This document shows, one piece after another, positions 40,121 to 59,115 of a stretch of 64,000 nucleotides of DNA. The notes below the pieces were generated by a model. It saw only the letters and a program-made list of their open reading frames with translations, did not search any database and was not told the DNA's origin. A program made the translations under genes and the position numbers. The stretch lies in NCBI RefSeq assembly GCF_009914755.1, contig NC_060929.1, one strand, 5' to 3'. Each line of letters begins with the position of its first letter. Position 1 is the stretch's first letter. The DNA comes from the human T2T-CHM13v2.0 reference genome, Homo sapiens.

Positions 40121-40668
40121 TGATCTAGACCAGCAGTTCTCAGCCCTGGTTGCAAATTAGAGTCACATGGGTAGCTTTTAAAGCTTATTCCTGCTAGGAT
40201 AGGACCCCACCACAAACATATTAAATTAGAATATCTGGGTGTGAAGCCTGGGCCAGCTTGCTTCCTTCTGCCTTTTATTTCTTCCTCTTTCCAGTTTCCC
40301 AGATTTTTCTAAAGTTCAGCCAGTGTTGGGGCTATTAATCTGGACTTGAGTGTACCCCTGTTATAATCTGTATTTCTGTTCCAACTAATAAACTTCTTCT
40401 TGTTCTGAATAACAACCAAAAAAAGAGATAATTACTTTGATGTTTTGAAAACTAGAGGAGAATGATCTACATAGTCTGGGTAAGAGTAGGGGCATGAGGG
40501 AATATCAGGCTTCAGAGCAGATCCCCTAGAAACAGGAACAGACCTTCTCTAAAAATCACCTAGAGCAGCAGTGCTCAAGCAGTCTCTGGACCTGCAGCAT
40601 CAGCATCACCTGGGAGCTTCCTGGGAATGGAAATTCTCAGGTCTCACTTCAGAAATTCTGAGAATGGA

Positions 40669-41331
<663 letters not shown>

Positions 41332-42244
41332 GTGGTGTTCCTGAATCTGTTTTTACCAAGCTCTGCAGGTGATTCTGATGCACTGATTGGAAGATAGCAG
41401 TGGGGAAATTAAGATCTTGATCTTCCTTTTCTGATGTGGATTCATCTCTATTTTTATTTTAAACACATCCTACCTATACTGCCTCCCAAAAGGAAGACTG
41501 TAGCAACAGCCGAAGCAGTAACGTCAGAAGCTACCTGACTTACTGTCACGTGTCCAGTGTTAGATGGAACATTGTAAACTCCACCATTCCCTTCTGTGCA
41601 TGCCTTTTGGGCCCTGACCTTTTCGTTTAAGCTTAGGTTTTGTGTCCCTAACATGACAGCCACAGTTGTAATCACCAAATTCTGACAGCCATGAGCATTT
41701 AGTAGCTATGCAGGGATGGTAATGCCAGACTGATGTGATTAAAATATGTTTTATGAGGCTTTTTTTTGGCTCCTGTTCACCCGTCTTTTGTTCTCCATTT
41801 CCTCACCAGATGAGGTCACATACTCTCCAATTTTCATGCAAGCCACAGTTTAGCCTGTGCAGCTGGGGAGCTGGATGGAGGTCATTCTGGATTCCACCCA
41901 GCAGTATTTTACCCTAAGCCAGAGCTTTCCTCTCAGCCTGGAGGCCAACGAAATAGGAAGCAGCTCAACTTTTTTTGCCAAGAACCCTTTATCACGGGTT
42001 AGCAAGAGCCTCAGACAGTGTGAGGCCTCAGAGCCTGTTTGGAATGGAGACCACACAAGAAATGTAGAATGCCACCTGTAGGATAACTAGTCCCATGGCT
42101 TGTTTTTCTCAAAAAAGGAAGGAAACCTACCTTTATTAAACATAGACTAATTCTCAGGATTTTACATACACAATTTTACTCAATCCCCACAACAACACTG
42201 TGAAGTTAGTGTTATTATTCCTACTTATAGAAATACAAACATTT

Positions 42245-42758
<514 letters not shown>

Positions 42759-43409
42759 CTACTGCATTGCCTTTCCTAATATAATGTTGAAAGTGAATGC
42801 AATTTTAAAAAGAAGCCAGTATAAATGTGTGCTGGGTTTTAAGAGTTGATTCTTGAGATGCTCTATAAAAATAAAAAGGTGAGCAAGGAAGAATTATGAA
42901 GGGAAACTTAGATGCAATGGCATCAGAAATGACAAGCACTCTCTTGGATCTGTTTCTCCCCTGCTCTCCTGCTGTCTAACTTCCTAACCCATCAAGAACT
43001 TTCATCAGATCTCCAGCTGGGATGGCCAAGACTGATACCACATCCAGCCTCTTTAGGGACATAAGGCTGTTTACCTGTGACTGTCCTACCCCTTTATTCC
43101 ACACTCTAGCCTCAGTTTCCACCTGTGTGTGAACAATCTATCTAAGACTGGGAGAGTACCTTCTTCTGCACATTCTTGTCAATACTGAGAACTATATTCT
43201 CTTAAAATCTTTTCCATTAAATGGTAAAAATAAAAATCTCATGATTGTAATGTGCATGTCCTTTATTGATGTTGAGGTTGAATACACACATATTTGAATT
43301 TTTTCCTTTGTGATTTCCCCATCCATATTTTTCACTCATCTTCTTTTGGGGAGTGATTCTTGATATATTAGAACTTGTTTTTGGCCAAGGGTATTAATCA
43401 TCTGTCATG

Positions 43410-44037
43410 TGTGAACTCAAAAGCATCTGATACAGGTCTCAATTAATTTAGAAGGTTTATTTTGCCAAGGTTAAGGCCACACCTGTGACACAGCCTCAAG
43501 AGGTCTTGACGATATGTGTCCAAGGTGGATGGGGTACAGTTTGCTTTTGTATATTTTAGGGAGACATGAGACATCAGCCAATACATGGAAGATATGCATT
43601 GGTTTTATCTGGGAAAGTGGGACAACTCAAAGTGGAGGCTTCCCGGTCATAGGTAGATTTAAAGATTTTCTGATTAGCAATTGGTTGAAAGAGTTAAGTT
43701 ATCATCTAAAGACCTGGAATCAAAAGAAAGGAATATTTGGATTACAATAAGGGGTTGTAGAGGCCAATGTTTTATCATGCAGATGAAGCCTCCAGATGGC
43801 AGGCTTCAGAGAGAATACATTGTAAATGTTTCTTATCAGACTTAAGGTCTGTGTTAATGTTAATGCTCATTGGCTTTTCCTGAATTCCAGTAGGGAGGAG
43901 GGTATAAAGAGGCATGTCTGACTCCCCCTTCCCATGATGGCCTGAGCTAGGTTTTCAGGTTAATTTTGGAATGCCCTTGGCCAAAAGGAGGGGGTCTGTT
44001 CAGATTGTTAGGAAGCTTAGAATTTTTTCGGTTTACA
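43410..44037 (-). mobile_element. Solo MER4A-type ERV1 LTR inside old L1M
   Basis: Reverse start TGTAAACCGAAAAAATTCTAAG; ACAGGTCTCAATTAATTTAGAAGGTTTATTTTGCCAAGG. Confidence 0.85.
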
Positions 44038-44362
44038 TATATATAAGCATATATTGTGTCCCAGCTTGTCTTTTGACTTTGGTTGTTTTTGCAGAACAGC
44101 AATTTTCATTGTATATGGTCAAATCTATGGTTCCTTCCTCCAGGGTCATTTTTAGAAAGACCTTCCCCATGCCAAACTTTTAAAAATATTTACCTATACC
44201 TTTTTGTATAGTTTTTATGTCTTGTTTTTTACATGCAATTTATCTGAAATAATTTTGTTGTAATGTATGGGAAAATATTCTGAAGTTAGCTGGTAGCCAG
44301 TTGTTCTAACACCATTTATTGAACAAGACCTACTCTCCTCACCTATTTTAAAGTACCACATT

Positions 44363-44714
<352 letters not shown>

Positions 44715-44772
44715 CTAGGCTAGAGACTTTCACTGATCTATCTATTCTTGTGCTGATACAACACTGGTTTAA

Positions 44773-45126
<354 letters not shown>

Positions 45127-45443
45127 TAGAGCTGGCTCTCTAATGATTACCTAGTGTTTCCTGTTAACCTGGCACTTTGCTAGGCCCCAGAGATATAAAA
45201 AAAATTTGACCTAATCCCTGCCCTCAAAAGGCTACTAATCACATTTAGGTAAAGAACATCAACTAATAGGCGCATTAAGTCATGATCTCTGCTGTGGAGG
45301 AGGACTGAACTGGGTAGAGAGTATAGTAAATCTCCTAGGAGAAGGGGTGGAAATGAAAATAGCAAGAGGACTACAGTGCTTCACCACTGAGCCAAGTAGG
45401 TGGACTAATGGAGGCCCCATGCTAAACCATGCAGCATCATGAC

Positions 45444-45800
45444 TGTATTAGTCAGGGCTCTCCAGAAAAACAGAGCAAGAATGGGGGGGGTGTGTGTGTG
45501 TGTATGTGTGTGTGTGTGTGTTTGTGTGTGTGTAGAGAGAGAGAGAGAGAAAGAGAGAGAAAGAATATGAGAGAATGAGATATATTAGAAGGAATTGGCT
45601 CATTTAACTGTGGAGGCTGAGACATCCCACAATCTGCCAATTGCAAGTTGGAGACCTGGGAAAGCCAGTGACATAAATTCCAATTTGAGTGCAAAGGCCT
45701 GAAGACCTGGAGTGCTGATGGTGTAAGTACCAGTCCAGGGGCAGAAAAAGACTGATGTCTCAGCTCCAACAGGCAGAGAGAGAGTTCAATTTTCCTTCAC
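45444..45800 (-). mobile_element. MLT2 LTR (truncated) with (GT)n(GA)n
   Basis: TGTATTAGTCAGGGCTCTCCAGAAAAACAG..GGAATTGGCTCA..GGAGGCTGAG. Confidence 0.85.
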
Positions 45801-47828
<2,028 letters not shown>

Positions 47829-48394
47829 CCTCCACAGTCTTGTGAGGTGGGCAGATATCAGAAATTTCACTGGAAGTGTAAATAGATGTTTTCATCGAAA
47901 TGTAAATGGATGTGATTCATCTAGAGCGCTGGTGACAGAGCCAAGTTAAGTTTCAGATTCCTGGACCACTTCTTTATCATACCCTATGGCTTACCAAGTA
48001 GGCCTGATTTTCTGTTCAATAAAGTCCTAACAGTACTATTCACCCTATCTGTCATGTATTATAGTATTTCTAGGAGAATATACATCTGGAATTCTATGAT
48101 ACCTCAGCTCCCACCCTCCCCTTCCACCACTATAATGAAGTGGGGGATCCTCTCTCTTTATATCCCTCCATCCAACACACACCTACATAAAGAGAGAAGG
48201 GAAGAGACTACGGTAAGACTGGGGTGAAGATCTGGATGGAGACCCAAAAAATGGAGCAGAGAGGAAATGAGCCTCTTTGGGATGAAGGTTCCAGGAGTTG
48301 CCGACTGTCAGGATTTCCTGCTAATGAATCTCCAAGCTGCCTCTCAGTCACCCAGCCCACCCACTTCCTTTACCATTGCCACTCTTAGTAGCTA

Positions 48395-48745
48395 TTTTTC
48401 TTTTATTTTCTTTCCTTTTCTTTTGTTTTCCTTTCTCTTCTTTTTTCTTTTCTCTTCTTTTTGAAAGAGGATCTCACTCTGTCACCCAGGCTGGAGTGTA
48501 GTGACATGATCATGGCTCACTGCAGCCTCAACCTCCTTGGGCTCAGGTGATCCTCCCGCCTCAGCCTCCTGAGTTGCTGGGATTACATGTACATGCTACC
48601 ATGCTCGGCTAATTTTTGTATTTTTTGGTAGAGGTGGGGTGTCGCCATATTGCCCAGGCTGGCCTCCAACTCCTAGGCTCAAGGATCTGCCCATCTCAGC
48701 CTATCAAAGTGTTAGTATTACAGGCTTGAGCCACAGCAGCTGGCC
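48395..48745 (-). mobile_element. AluJ
   Basis: T/C-rich tail plus reverse dimer. Confidence 0.92.
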
Positions 48746-50491
48746 CTTAGTAACTTCTGAACAGAATTTCTCTCCTCTTTGGGCCAGTGAAGAAGAGAAT
48801 TCAGACTCAGCATTCCGCCTCCCCAGACATACCTTTTAAAAACACACACACATCCTTAAGGTTTTTTTTTTAGCTTCTAAGGGTCTGTATTGCCAGTAAC
48901 AACAGAGAAGGGGGCAGGGACTGAAAAGGCAAAAAGGCTCCACCCAGCACTCCCCTCTTTTGCTATTTCATTTAGATATTACAGAGAAGGAAGGAAGACA
49001 TTTTCCCCACCCCTGAGTTTTCTTTGGGACTATCTGGGACAGAAGATCTCTCTGCAGCTCTTGTAGACCTGAGCATTTCATTTCTAGAGCTGAGATGTCA
49101 GGAGAGGAGTCTGGGATAAATGTGAGGAAATGGGATGAATGTTGCCAAGACTAATATTAGGGGTGGGTGGGGACTGAGAACAGCTGTAAGGCAATGTTCT
49201 TCCCTACCTTAGCCTCCAGAGCTCATGCTGGACCAGCTGGAGGATGTGAAAATCCAGAGGAGGTGAGGATCTGGGCCAAAGAAAGGGCAAGAAAGAAGGG
49301 AGATCTCAAGTCAAGCAATTGGAAGGAAAGGGAGGTTCCCATAGTGGACTCTGGGGCAGGAGAGATGGAAGGGTTGGGCATTTGGGCTCTCACACGTGTG
49401 TGGGGGTGGGGAGTATGGGGGTGCAGTTAAGGGACCTAGGTAACTGAGCAAAATTGGGCCTGTAAGGCCAATTGCAAAGCTCGCTTCTGCATGTAATGTG
49501 TGTACCATCTGTCTCTCCATGCCACTAGGAGCACTAATAAATGTTACATGTAGAAACTTTTGCACTAGCTTGTACATTAAAATTCCATATGCCAATTGAC
49601 TGGACTACATGAGCGCATCTGTCAAAAACAGGTCTCTTAGGCCCAATTTAGGACATTCCAAAGCAGCTTTATAACTGCTTCAGCCTCCAAATGGTATGAA
49701 TTAACTCTCATAAGCCAAGTCAATTCTCACTGAGTAAAGGATTCGGCCAAATGTCCAAAAAATTCAAGTCAAAAACACTCTCTTCCCTTTATTATAGAGA
49801 ATATCAGTAGTAAGATCTTTTTTCCCCCAAAATTGTGCTGCTCATTGACTCCGTGTTTGATGTCATACTGTTAACATAAGTTAATATGGTCAAAATGATA
49901 AAATGCTTTATTGTATTATGGGCATGAAAAAGACCATATTTTGCATTTTTACAAAATTCTGTTTTTCCAGTTATATTTACAATTTACAGTGTATGCTGAT
50001 ATATATTAAGTGGTTAAATCTCAGGTGCCAAGTGTATTTTATTTTGAAAAAGTAAATATGTATAACTCCCAAGACAACCTGTTTAGACCCATTCTCTCCC
50101 GGCAATGGAAGATGCATAAAGAAGAATATAATCCTCCCTTTTAAGGTAAAGCTTAGATTTACACTTCACATGCCCAAACTCAGCACATATGTTACCTCTA
50201 GGAACTGGAAATTTTGCTTCTTTTCCTCATACTGATTTTTTTGTTTCTGTTCTTATTAACTTTTATGAAAATATCTTTAGAAAAGCAAGTATAAATACAT
50301 GAATGAATAAATATATTGGATGATAGAATCAGAATCTTTAAATATCTCAACATGACAGAATAATGGGGAGATTCTAATAATGAAATGTAACAAGTATGAA
50401 TGCCAGTCACACCTATGTTCCAGGAACAATTCATCATAACAGCAGGATATGTAAGGAAAGGCTTAGGGATTTCAGTTCACTATGCATAGAC

Positions 50492-50793
50492 CTTTTTTTT
50501 TTTCTTTTTGAGACAGGGTCTTGCTCTATTACCCAGGCTGGAGTGCAGTGGTGCAATCATGGCTCACTCCCAGCCTTGATCTCTCAAGCTCAAGCACTCT
50601 TCCCACCTCAGCCTCCCTAGTAGCTGGGACTACAGCCATGCACCACCAAATCTGGATAATTTTTAAATTTTTTGTAGAGAAGGGGTCTCACTGTGTTGCC
50701 CAGGTTGATCATGAACTCCTGGCTTCAAGTGATCCTCTGGCCTCAGCCTCCCAAAGTGCTAGGATTACAGGTGAGAGCCACCACACCTGGCCC
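50492..50793 (-). mobile_element. AluJ
   Basis: Poly-T plus reverse dimer. Confidence 0.92.
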
Positions 50794-51380
50794 ACTACTA
50801 ACAGACTTTAGAGAGCCATTCAGGCTACTCCTCACCCCATGCAATCTTAGACTGTGTTACTAGATAAATGCTGTCTAAAAAAGGGGAAGAGATAACCTTT
50901 TTCTCCACTTTGTGTCAGAATACTATATTCAAATCTGGACACCTCATTTCAACAACAGATTGCAGGGATCCAAACAAAGAAACCAGCTTGGTGATCAAAA
51001 GAGTGCCTGCCCCTCAAGGACTCCCAACTCAGTGGGGTTGGTATTGACATAGCAGATACACAAAATGTATTCTAGATTGGTACCAAAACTATGGTGAGTA
51101 GATGGCTGTGACTGGGGGACTTCTCAATTGATTGCTCAGTCCATTAGAGGTGGCCTTTTTGTGCCTATTGGCTGTTATCGGCTGCCTTGAGTATATTGTC
51201 TATATTTGATCCTCAGTATTTTTGTGTGTGACTTGAGCTTTGAGAATTAAATTAAAATGATATATATTTTACTATTTAATCCTACAAAAGTTATTCAACT
51301 ATCAATAAATATGTCAAGTGCTGAAAAGAAAAAATATCAACAATATCGGAATAAATAATGACTGTCTAGTTATTTTCTCA

Positions 51381-51660
51381 GCTGGGCCTAGTGGCTCATG
51401 CCTGTAATCTCAACACTTTGGGAGGCCAAAGCACAAGGATTGCTTGAGGCCAGGAATTCAAGACCAGCATACGCAACATAGCGAGACCCCCAACTCTACA
51501 AAAAATAGAAAAATTGGCCAGGTGTGGTGGTTCAAGCCTGTATTCCTAGCTGCTTGGGAGGCTGAGGCAAGAAGATCACTTGAGCCCAGGAGTTTGAGGC
51601 TGTAGTGAGCTATGATTATACCACTACACTCGAGCTACTCTGCCTCTTAAAAAAAAAAAA
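51381..51660 (+). mobile_element. AluJ
   Basis: Diverged dimer with A tail. Confidence 0.9.
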
Positions 51661-51755
51661 GTTATTTTTTCATATGAAGCAAAAGTTAAACATTCATGTT
51701 TAGAAAATCAGTTATTTTCAACTGTTGCTTTTGCTAGAAAAGTACCAGTTTTGAA

Positions 51756-52008
51756 TTTTTTTTTTTTTTTTTTTTTTTAGATGGAGTCTTTCCCTGTCAC
51801 CCAGGCTGGAGTGCAGTGGCATGATCTCGGCTCACTGCAACCTCCCCCTCTGAGGTTCAAATGATTCTCCTGCCTCAGCCTCCCGAGTAGCTGGGACTAC
51901 AGGTGCACGCCACCACACCCAGCTAGTTTTTGTATTTTTAGTAGAGATGGAGTTTCACCATGTTGGGCAGGATGGTCTCACCCTCTGACCTCGTGATCCA
52001 CCTGCCTG
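51756..52008 (-). mobile_element. AluS, 5'-truncated
   Basis: Poly-T plus reverse dimer ending at GTGATCCACCTGCCT. Confidence 0.9.
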
Positions 52009-52009
52009 A

Positions 52010-52695
<686 letters not shown>

Positions 52696-53069
52696 CTATA
52701 TAAATTGCCAATTTACATATAAAATTTGATGCATTATAATTATGGGAAAATAAATTCTATTAAAAGTTACTCAGCAAAGATAGTTATTAAGATAAATTAA
52801 ATGATAATAAATTTTATTTTTAATTTAACTAAAATTTTAATTTAAAATTTTATTTCCTCCTTCCTAACCCTGCATCAGATAAAAATAATAAACTTTATAC
52901 TTACTCTTCTTATGTATGAAGTATAGACATAACATACAGTACATAAACAGATATATACTAGATCTGTGGTATTAAGAAATTTTAAAGGGGGGATGATTAG
53001 GTAAAACATGTTTTTATTTATTTTATTTTCATTTAAAAAATTTTTTTTGTCAATATTCAATATAAATAT

Positions 53070-53198
53070 TTTTTAAATTATTGAGATAGGGTCTCACTAT
53101 GTTCCCCAGGCTGGTCTCCAACTCCTGGGCTTAAGCGAGAGTCCTGCCTCAGCCTCCTAAAGTGCTGGGATTACAGGCACGAGCCACTGCACCTGGCC
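53070..53198 (-). mobile_element. FLAM / Alu left monomer
   Basis: Reverse left arm only. Confidence 0.8.
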
Positions 53199-53429
53199 AA
53201 CACATTTTTCAAAGCTCCTTAGGGAAATGACATTTTTTTTAAAGTTGAGAAACTCTGAATTAAAACTACCTAGGCATCTTGACAGGAAAGTACTTTGCTG
53301 TTGGTTTGCCGCAATGAATCCCAGCCAAAATCTGAAACTAAGAATGGATTTATTCACACTCTTCTTGTCGTCATATCCCATTTCTTGCTATTTTTCCTCC
53401 CCCAACTTGTTGTATGTCTTCTGGTAATT

Positions 53430-53850
53430 GACTCATTATTTTCCTCTTGGGAGCCACCATCCCACTCCTTAGCTCCAGTGATGGTAGGTGACCCAGGTAT
53501 GGCCAGGAGGAGACACAACCTTTGAGCCAGGCCAATCTGAGTAATTCCTGGGACTTTGCTGGAACTGGGAAGAGGAGATCATTTTCGGTAGGGCTACATT
53601 TGTCAGGTTGTGAGCCTGGAAAAACTGGAGGCTCTCTTTGCCATAACCTAGCAAAAGGCTACCAGAAAATAAAACCACCGCAGCAGAAGCAGAGCCAGAG
53701 AATCAAAGGTGAGAGACAGTATTCTAGGGTATCACTGAGAACCTAGGTTTAGTCAAGCCTAAAGCTATTTAAACCCCTGGCATTCCTGGTATCCTTTGTG
53801 GCCTAAGCTAACTGGAGTTGTGTCTCTCTCATTAGCAATCAGAAGGGTTT
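53430..53850 (+). mobile_element. Old ERVL LTR (LTR16/LTR33-like)
   Basis: CCAGGCCAATCTGAG..CCTGGGACTTTGCTGGAAC..CTAAGCTAACTGGAGTTG..TCATTAGCAATC. Confidence 0.55.
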
Positions 53851-53855
53851 TCACT

Positions 53856-54140
53856 TAATTCTAGCACTTTGGGAGGCTAAGGCAGGCAGATCACTTGAGG
53901 TCAGGAGTTCGAGACCAGCCTGGTCAACATGGCAAAACCCTGTCTATACTAAAAATACAAAACATAGCTGGGTGTGATGGCAGACACCTTTAATTCCAGC
54001 TACTCAGGAGGTTGAGGCAAGAGACTCTCTTGAACCCAGGAGGCAGAGGTTGCAGTGAGCCGAGATCATGCCACTGCACTCCAGCCTGGGGCGACAGAGT
54101 AAGACTCTGTCTTAACAAAAAAAAAAAAAAAAAAAAAAAA
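53856..54140 (+). mobile_element. AluS, slightly 5'-truncated
   Basis: AGAAGGGTTT(T)CACTTAAT TSD; long A tail. Confidence 0.93.
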
Positions 54141-55059
54141 GGAGAAGGGTTTCACTTAATAAACCTCCTCTGCCCAGTACCCTCATTCCACAACTGTCAG
54201 AGCCAAGGAGCAAGAAGCAAGGAGCTCTGGAGAAGCTGAGGAGCTCAGTTCATTTAAATCTTCTCTTACCTAGGGCCCCTGACTTATCACATGCTCCTTC
54301 TCAAATTCTCCTCTTAAGAAAAGTATTACAATTCTTGCTGGGTACTGACTTGAACCTGACATACTAATCCTGTACCAGTATTTTTGATGCCACTTTCAAT
54401 TTCTTGGTTAAATTGTGAATTACTGTTTATTTGAAGGGGTCTGTTTTATTTCCTTTTTGCTGACACATCCACAATGTTTGCCATACATTAAAATATATAA
54501 ATTAAAATGTGGCATTCTATCATTATCAGGTCACTTACCATTAAGGGTGTATCATTAAAGTATTACAACCTGAAGGGCAACCAACATGAATCTATATTTA
54601 TGAAACTCAATTCCAACCTCCATGAAAAATATCTATTGCTAATTTATGTCAAATAAGTAGAAGGTGAAACTGACTTAGATATTTTTGTTGCAAAACATGT
54701 CTTCTACAAATATTTTTCTAGTTGAACTGTATTATATTAGCCAATACTAATTGAAATGTGTTTGTAAGGTTTTAATTAGCAACCAAAGCTGTTAAGTATT
54801 CCTTATGAGCATATCACATTTCATAGTCCAGTACTCAATAATCTGAAACTAAGTGAATTATTGATTTTTCGCTTCTCAAGTACTTTCTCCTTAAAAAAAA
54901 GTGGGGGGGGGTTGGTGGAATTCATAAGACAAAGATGCAAGCAACAAAAGATAGTTTCTTTAATTCTCACAATCAGTTAACTGTGTCTGTATCTTATGGA
55001 CACAAATTATTGAACAGCATACCAACTAATGGGCAGCAAAGTCACAGCCTGAAATGTAT

Positions 55060-55375
<316 letters not shown>

Positions 55376-55639
55376 TGACAGTCAAAATTGGGATCATTAA
55401 GGGTATTTGAATTCACCAGGAAGATTTAGGTTGAGATACACTATATTTGAGGACATCCAAATGGTTGGAGTCCAGAGACATCTGAATATACAGGCCTGGG
55501 AATAAGGGGCTATAGTTTGTGATACAAATTCAAAATGCAAAAGTCAGCAGAGACTCAATGAATGGAGGCTCCGGAAATGGCTGAGCTCTCTGGAGGATGG
55601 TGGGAGAGCAGGCATGCAAGTGCAGAGGGTCCTGTAGAG

Positions 55640-55915
55640 CAGTGATCTCCAGACTTTTTGGCACCAAGGATTGGTTTCGTGGAAGACAATTTTTCCACGG
55701 ACGGGTGGAGGTGAGAGGATGGTTTTGGGATGAAACTGTTCCACCTCAGATCATCAGACATTCGATTCTCAGAAGGATCATGCAACCTGGATCCCCCGCA
55801 AAGCCAGCTCACAATAGGGTTCTCGCTCCTATGAGAATCTAATGCTGCTGATCTGAGAGGAGGCAGAGTTCAGGCGGTAATGCTCGCTCCCCTCCTGTGT
55901 GGCCCGGTTCCTAGT
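55640..55915. mobile_element. MER1B hAT-Charlie element
   Basis: CTTTTTGGCACCAAGGATTGGTTTCGTGGAAGACAATTTTTCCACGGAC..GATGAAACTGTTCCACCTCAGATCATCAG. Confidence 0.85.
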
Positions 55916-56348
55916 ACAGAGTCTAAGGACAAGAAGAGGAGCGCCTAAAAAGGTAGTTGAAAAAATAAGCCAGTCCAGCATCAAACCAAAAGACAAAAAT
56001 AAAATAAAATAAAATAAAATAAAATAAAGCCTACATTGTTAAATGCCAGCATTTTCACAGCTATTGAGAAGGTGAAAAAGAAGTCTTATAATAGAGATTT
56101 TGCTAAATAGGCAACAGGGCAAACCTTATTAGGTTTTATGTTATATGTTAAGTCATCTAATGGGTAGGGCTTTATTTTGATCCTCATTGATAGAAGACAG
56201 ATGTCTGGCATCTATCTACTTGGTTCTACAACCAAGAATGGCCACTCTTTCAGAGAAGCTGACAGTCATGCCCCGCCCAGTCTTTATGGTGAAACAGTGA
56301 CTTGCCACCAGTCGTGTGTCCAGATTTTGGGGGCAGTGAAGAGAGTAG

Positions 56349-56864
<516 letters not shown>

Positions 56865-57836
56865 TAAACTGGCTATGTTCTTCATACCTAAGCTGCAGTT
56901 ATCAGCTAATAGGGCTGAATGCTCTTAAAGGGATCTACTTCCCCACTTCAGAAGTCTCCACTGATTTAATTAATAGACCAAGTCCATCAGGAAGAATAAC
57001 TCTGAATTGTCTGTAGACAGACCTATTTGAGAATTTCCTCTACTTTACCCCACCCCACAGACACTTCTACACTCCATTCAGGCATTATCATTTGTGGCTC
57101 TTTCCAAGCTTAACCCTCTCTTGTTTGACACTCTTCAGGTCTCCCCCATTTGCTTTAGTATTCTTCCATGGTCCTTCACAACTGCTCCTTTGTCTTGGTA
57201 GCCTCAGCTCTTGCCACTTCTCAAGATGCAGGCAAGGCTTTGAACATTCATTCCTTTATCTACCATCTTCACAATTTTTGGCATACACAAGTACCAGTGA
57301 ACTGTTTACTTAGTATCTTTTAATAGATCAATTTTGACTACTTGAATAAATGATTTTTAAAAGGAAACTTTTTATCACTACCAAAAATAGCAAATCAGTT
57401 TCAATTGCCTAAAGTGGAGATAGGTGTTATTTAACTCTACCTAGATAATGCTGCCAGTTGAAGCTTTGAGTTTAAGCCTAAAAGGAGATTAGCAAATGTT
57501 ACATAGGTGTACTTGCTAGAAAAAAATGACTTTTCCTTACAAAAGAAGGTTTGAAAAAGAATTGGAAAGAGTGTTATTCTATCACTATGTAATTACTTAT
57601 CTGGCTGAATATAAGCCAGATAGGACCTAGAACCACCACATAAAATCTGAATATTAATTGTCCCATGCTTTGGAAAACACCACTCTATCCTTCTCAGATT
57701 ACTTTGTGGTTTCAAGCTTTCTTATTCTGTGCCTCAAATGTTCTGCTTTCGTTCTCACCCAGCTGATTCCTTCAGTGTTTCAGGACCCAGAAGAATCTTC
57801 CCTGATGTGTGCTTTCAGGGGAAGTGTGCTGTCCCT

Positions 57837-57960
57837 TGTATTAGTCAGGGTTCTCCAGAGATACAGAACCAATAGGAGATCTATCTATCTATCTATGTGT
57901 GCACACACACACACACATAAACATATATATACACACATACATCATACAAACACACATATT
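57837..57960 (-). mobile_element. MLT2 3' LTR remnant with microsatellite
   Basis: TGTATTAGTCAGGGTTCTCCAGAGATACAGAACCAATAGG. Confidence 0.85.
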
Positions 57961-58867
57961 CATAACAAAATGAGAAAATATTCATGACAATTACAGTGCT
58001 CATTTCTGTAATTGGTCACGTGGTCAAAGTTAGTATTTCTAATGACTATCTTCTTCTACTACACACTGTATATCCTTTGTCTTCATAAGCACCTCAGCTG
58101 GCTATGGTTCTTTACCTGGTGGAGTGACCCAAACCTTCATTCCTGAAGGGTCTGAGCCAGTCATAGTCCTGCCTGGATTGGGTTGTGGTAGGTTTCCATT
58201 GACTTAATCACAGGACACAGTAGCAATACTAGAAGACTCCCTGAGGGATCTCCTGTATTCCAGGGAGACTCTTCCTTACCTCCATTGTGGAATACAGTCC
58301 AGTTTCCCCTTGGTAGTCAGGATCAATCACCCCAGCCAGCACTGTGACTCCCTTCTTTACTTGTTGACTCAGAAGCATGAGGAACCCAAAGTGTCCAGGT
58401 GGCTGTCTTTACTTCTAGTTCAGTGGAATCGTTGTTTCTCTTGGTGGAAACATTCCTCCCTCTGGAACTAAGACCTCTAGACCAGGAGAGCATAAAGTCA
58501 CAGGAACAAGAAGCAAAAATGTTGCTAGTGGATTATCGGGCTTAATACTGAGTAATGCCACTCCCATTTCTACACCATGATTCCTGGACCTATGAATCCT
58601 AGCTAGAGGAGAAACACCACCAGCTATTAGATGCTGGTTCAGAGCATATACAGCCTTCCAGAGAACCTTGCCCAAGCCCTGCAAGGTATCACCACCTAGC
58701 TAGTGCTGTAACTCAATCTTCCAAAGGTCATTCTACAATTCTATCAAACCAGCTGCTTCAGACTGGTGAGAAACACGGTAAAAACAGTGAATTCCACAAG
58801 CATGGGCCTATTGCCACACTTCTTTTGCTGTGAGGGGGGTTCCTTGTTTAGAAGCAATGCTGTGTGA

Positions 58868-59115
58868 GGCCAGGCACAGTGGCTCAATCTTGTAATTCCA
58901 GCACTTTGGGGGGCTGAGGTGGGAAGATCACTTAAGACCAGGAGTTCGAGTCCAGCCTGAACAACATAGGGAGACCCCTTCTCTACAGATAATTTAACAA
59001 ATTAGTCAGGTGTGGTGGTGTTCACCTACAGTCCCAGCTACTTTGGACACTGAGGTGGGAGGATCACTTCAGCCCTGGAGGTGGAGGCTGCATGAACCAA
59101 GATCACACCATTGCA
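58868..59115 (+). mobile_element. AluJ, 3'-truncated, inside ERVL
   Basis: Alu left arm and partial right arm, no tail. Confidence 0.85.

Noticed and set aside
49428-49639. Possible terminal inverted repeat TAAGGGACCT / AGGTCTCTTA around ~200 bp
   Set aside because: Only a 9/10 match with no clear TSD or family; could be chance
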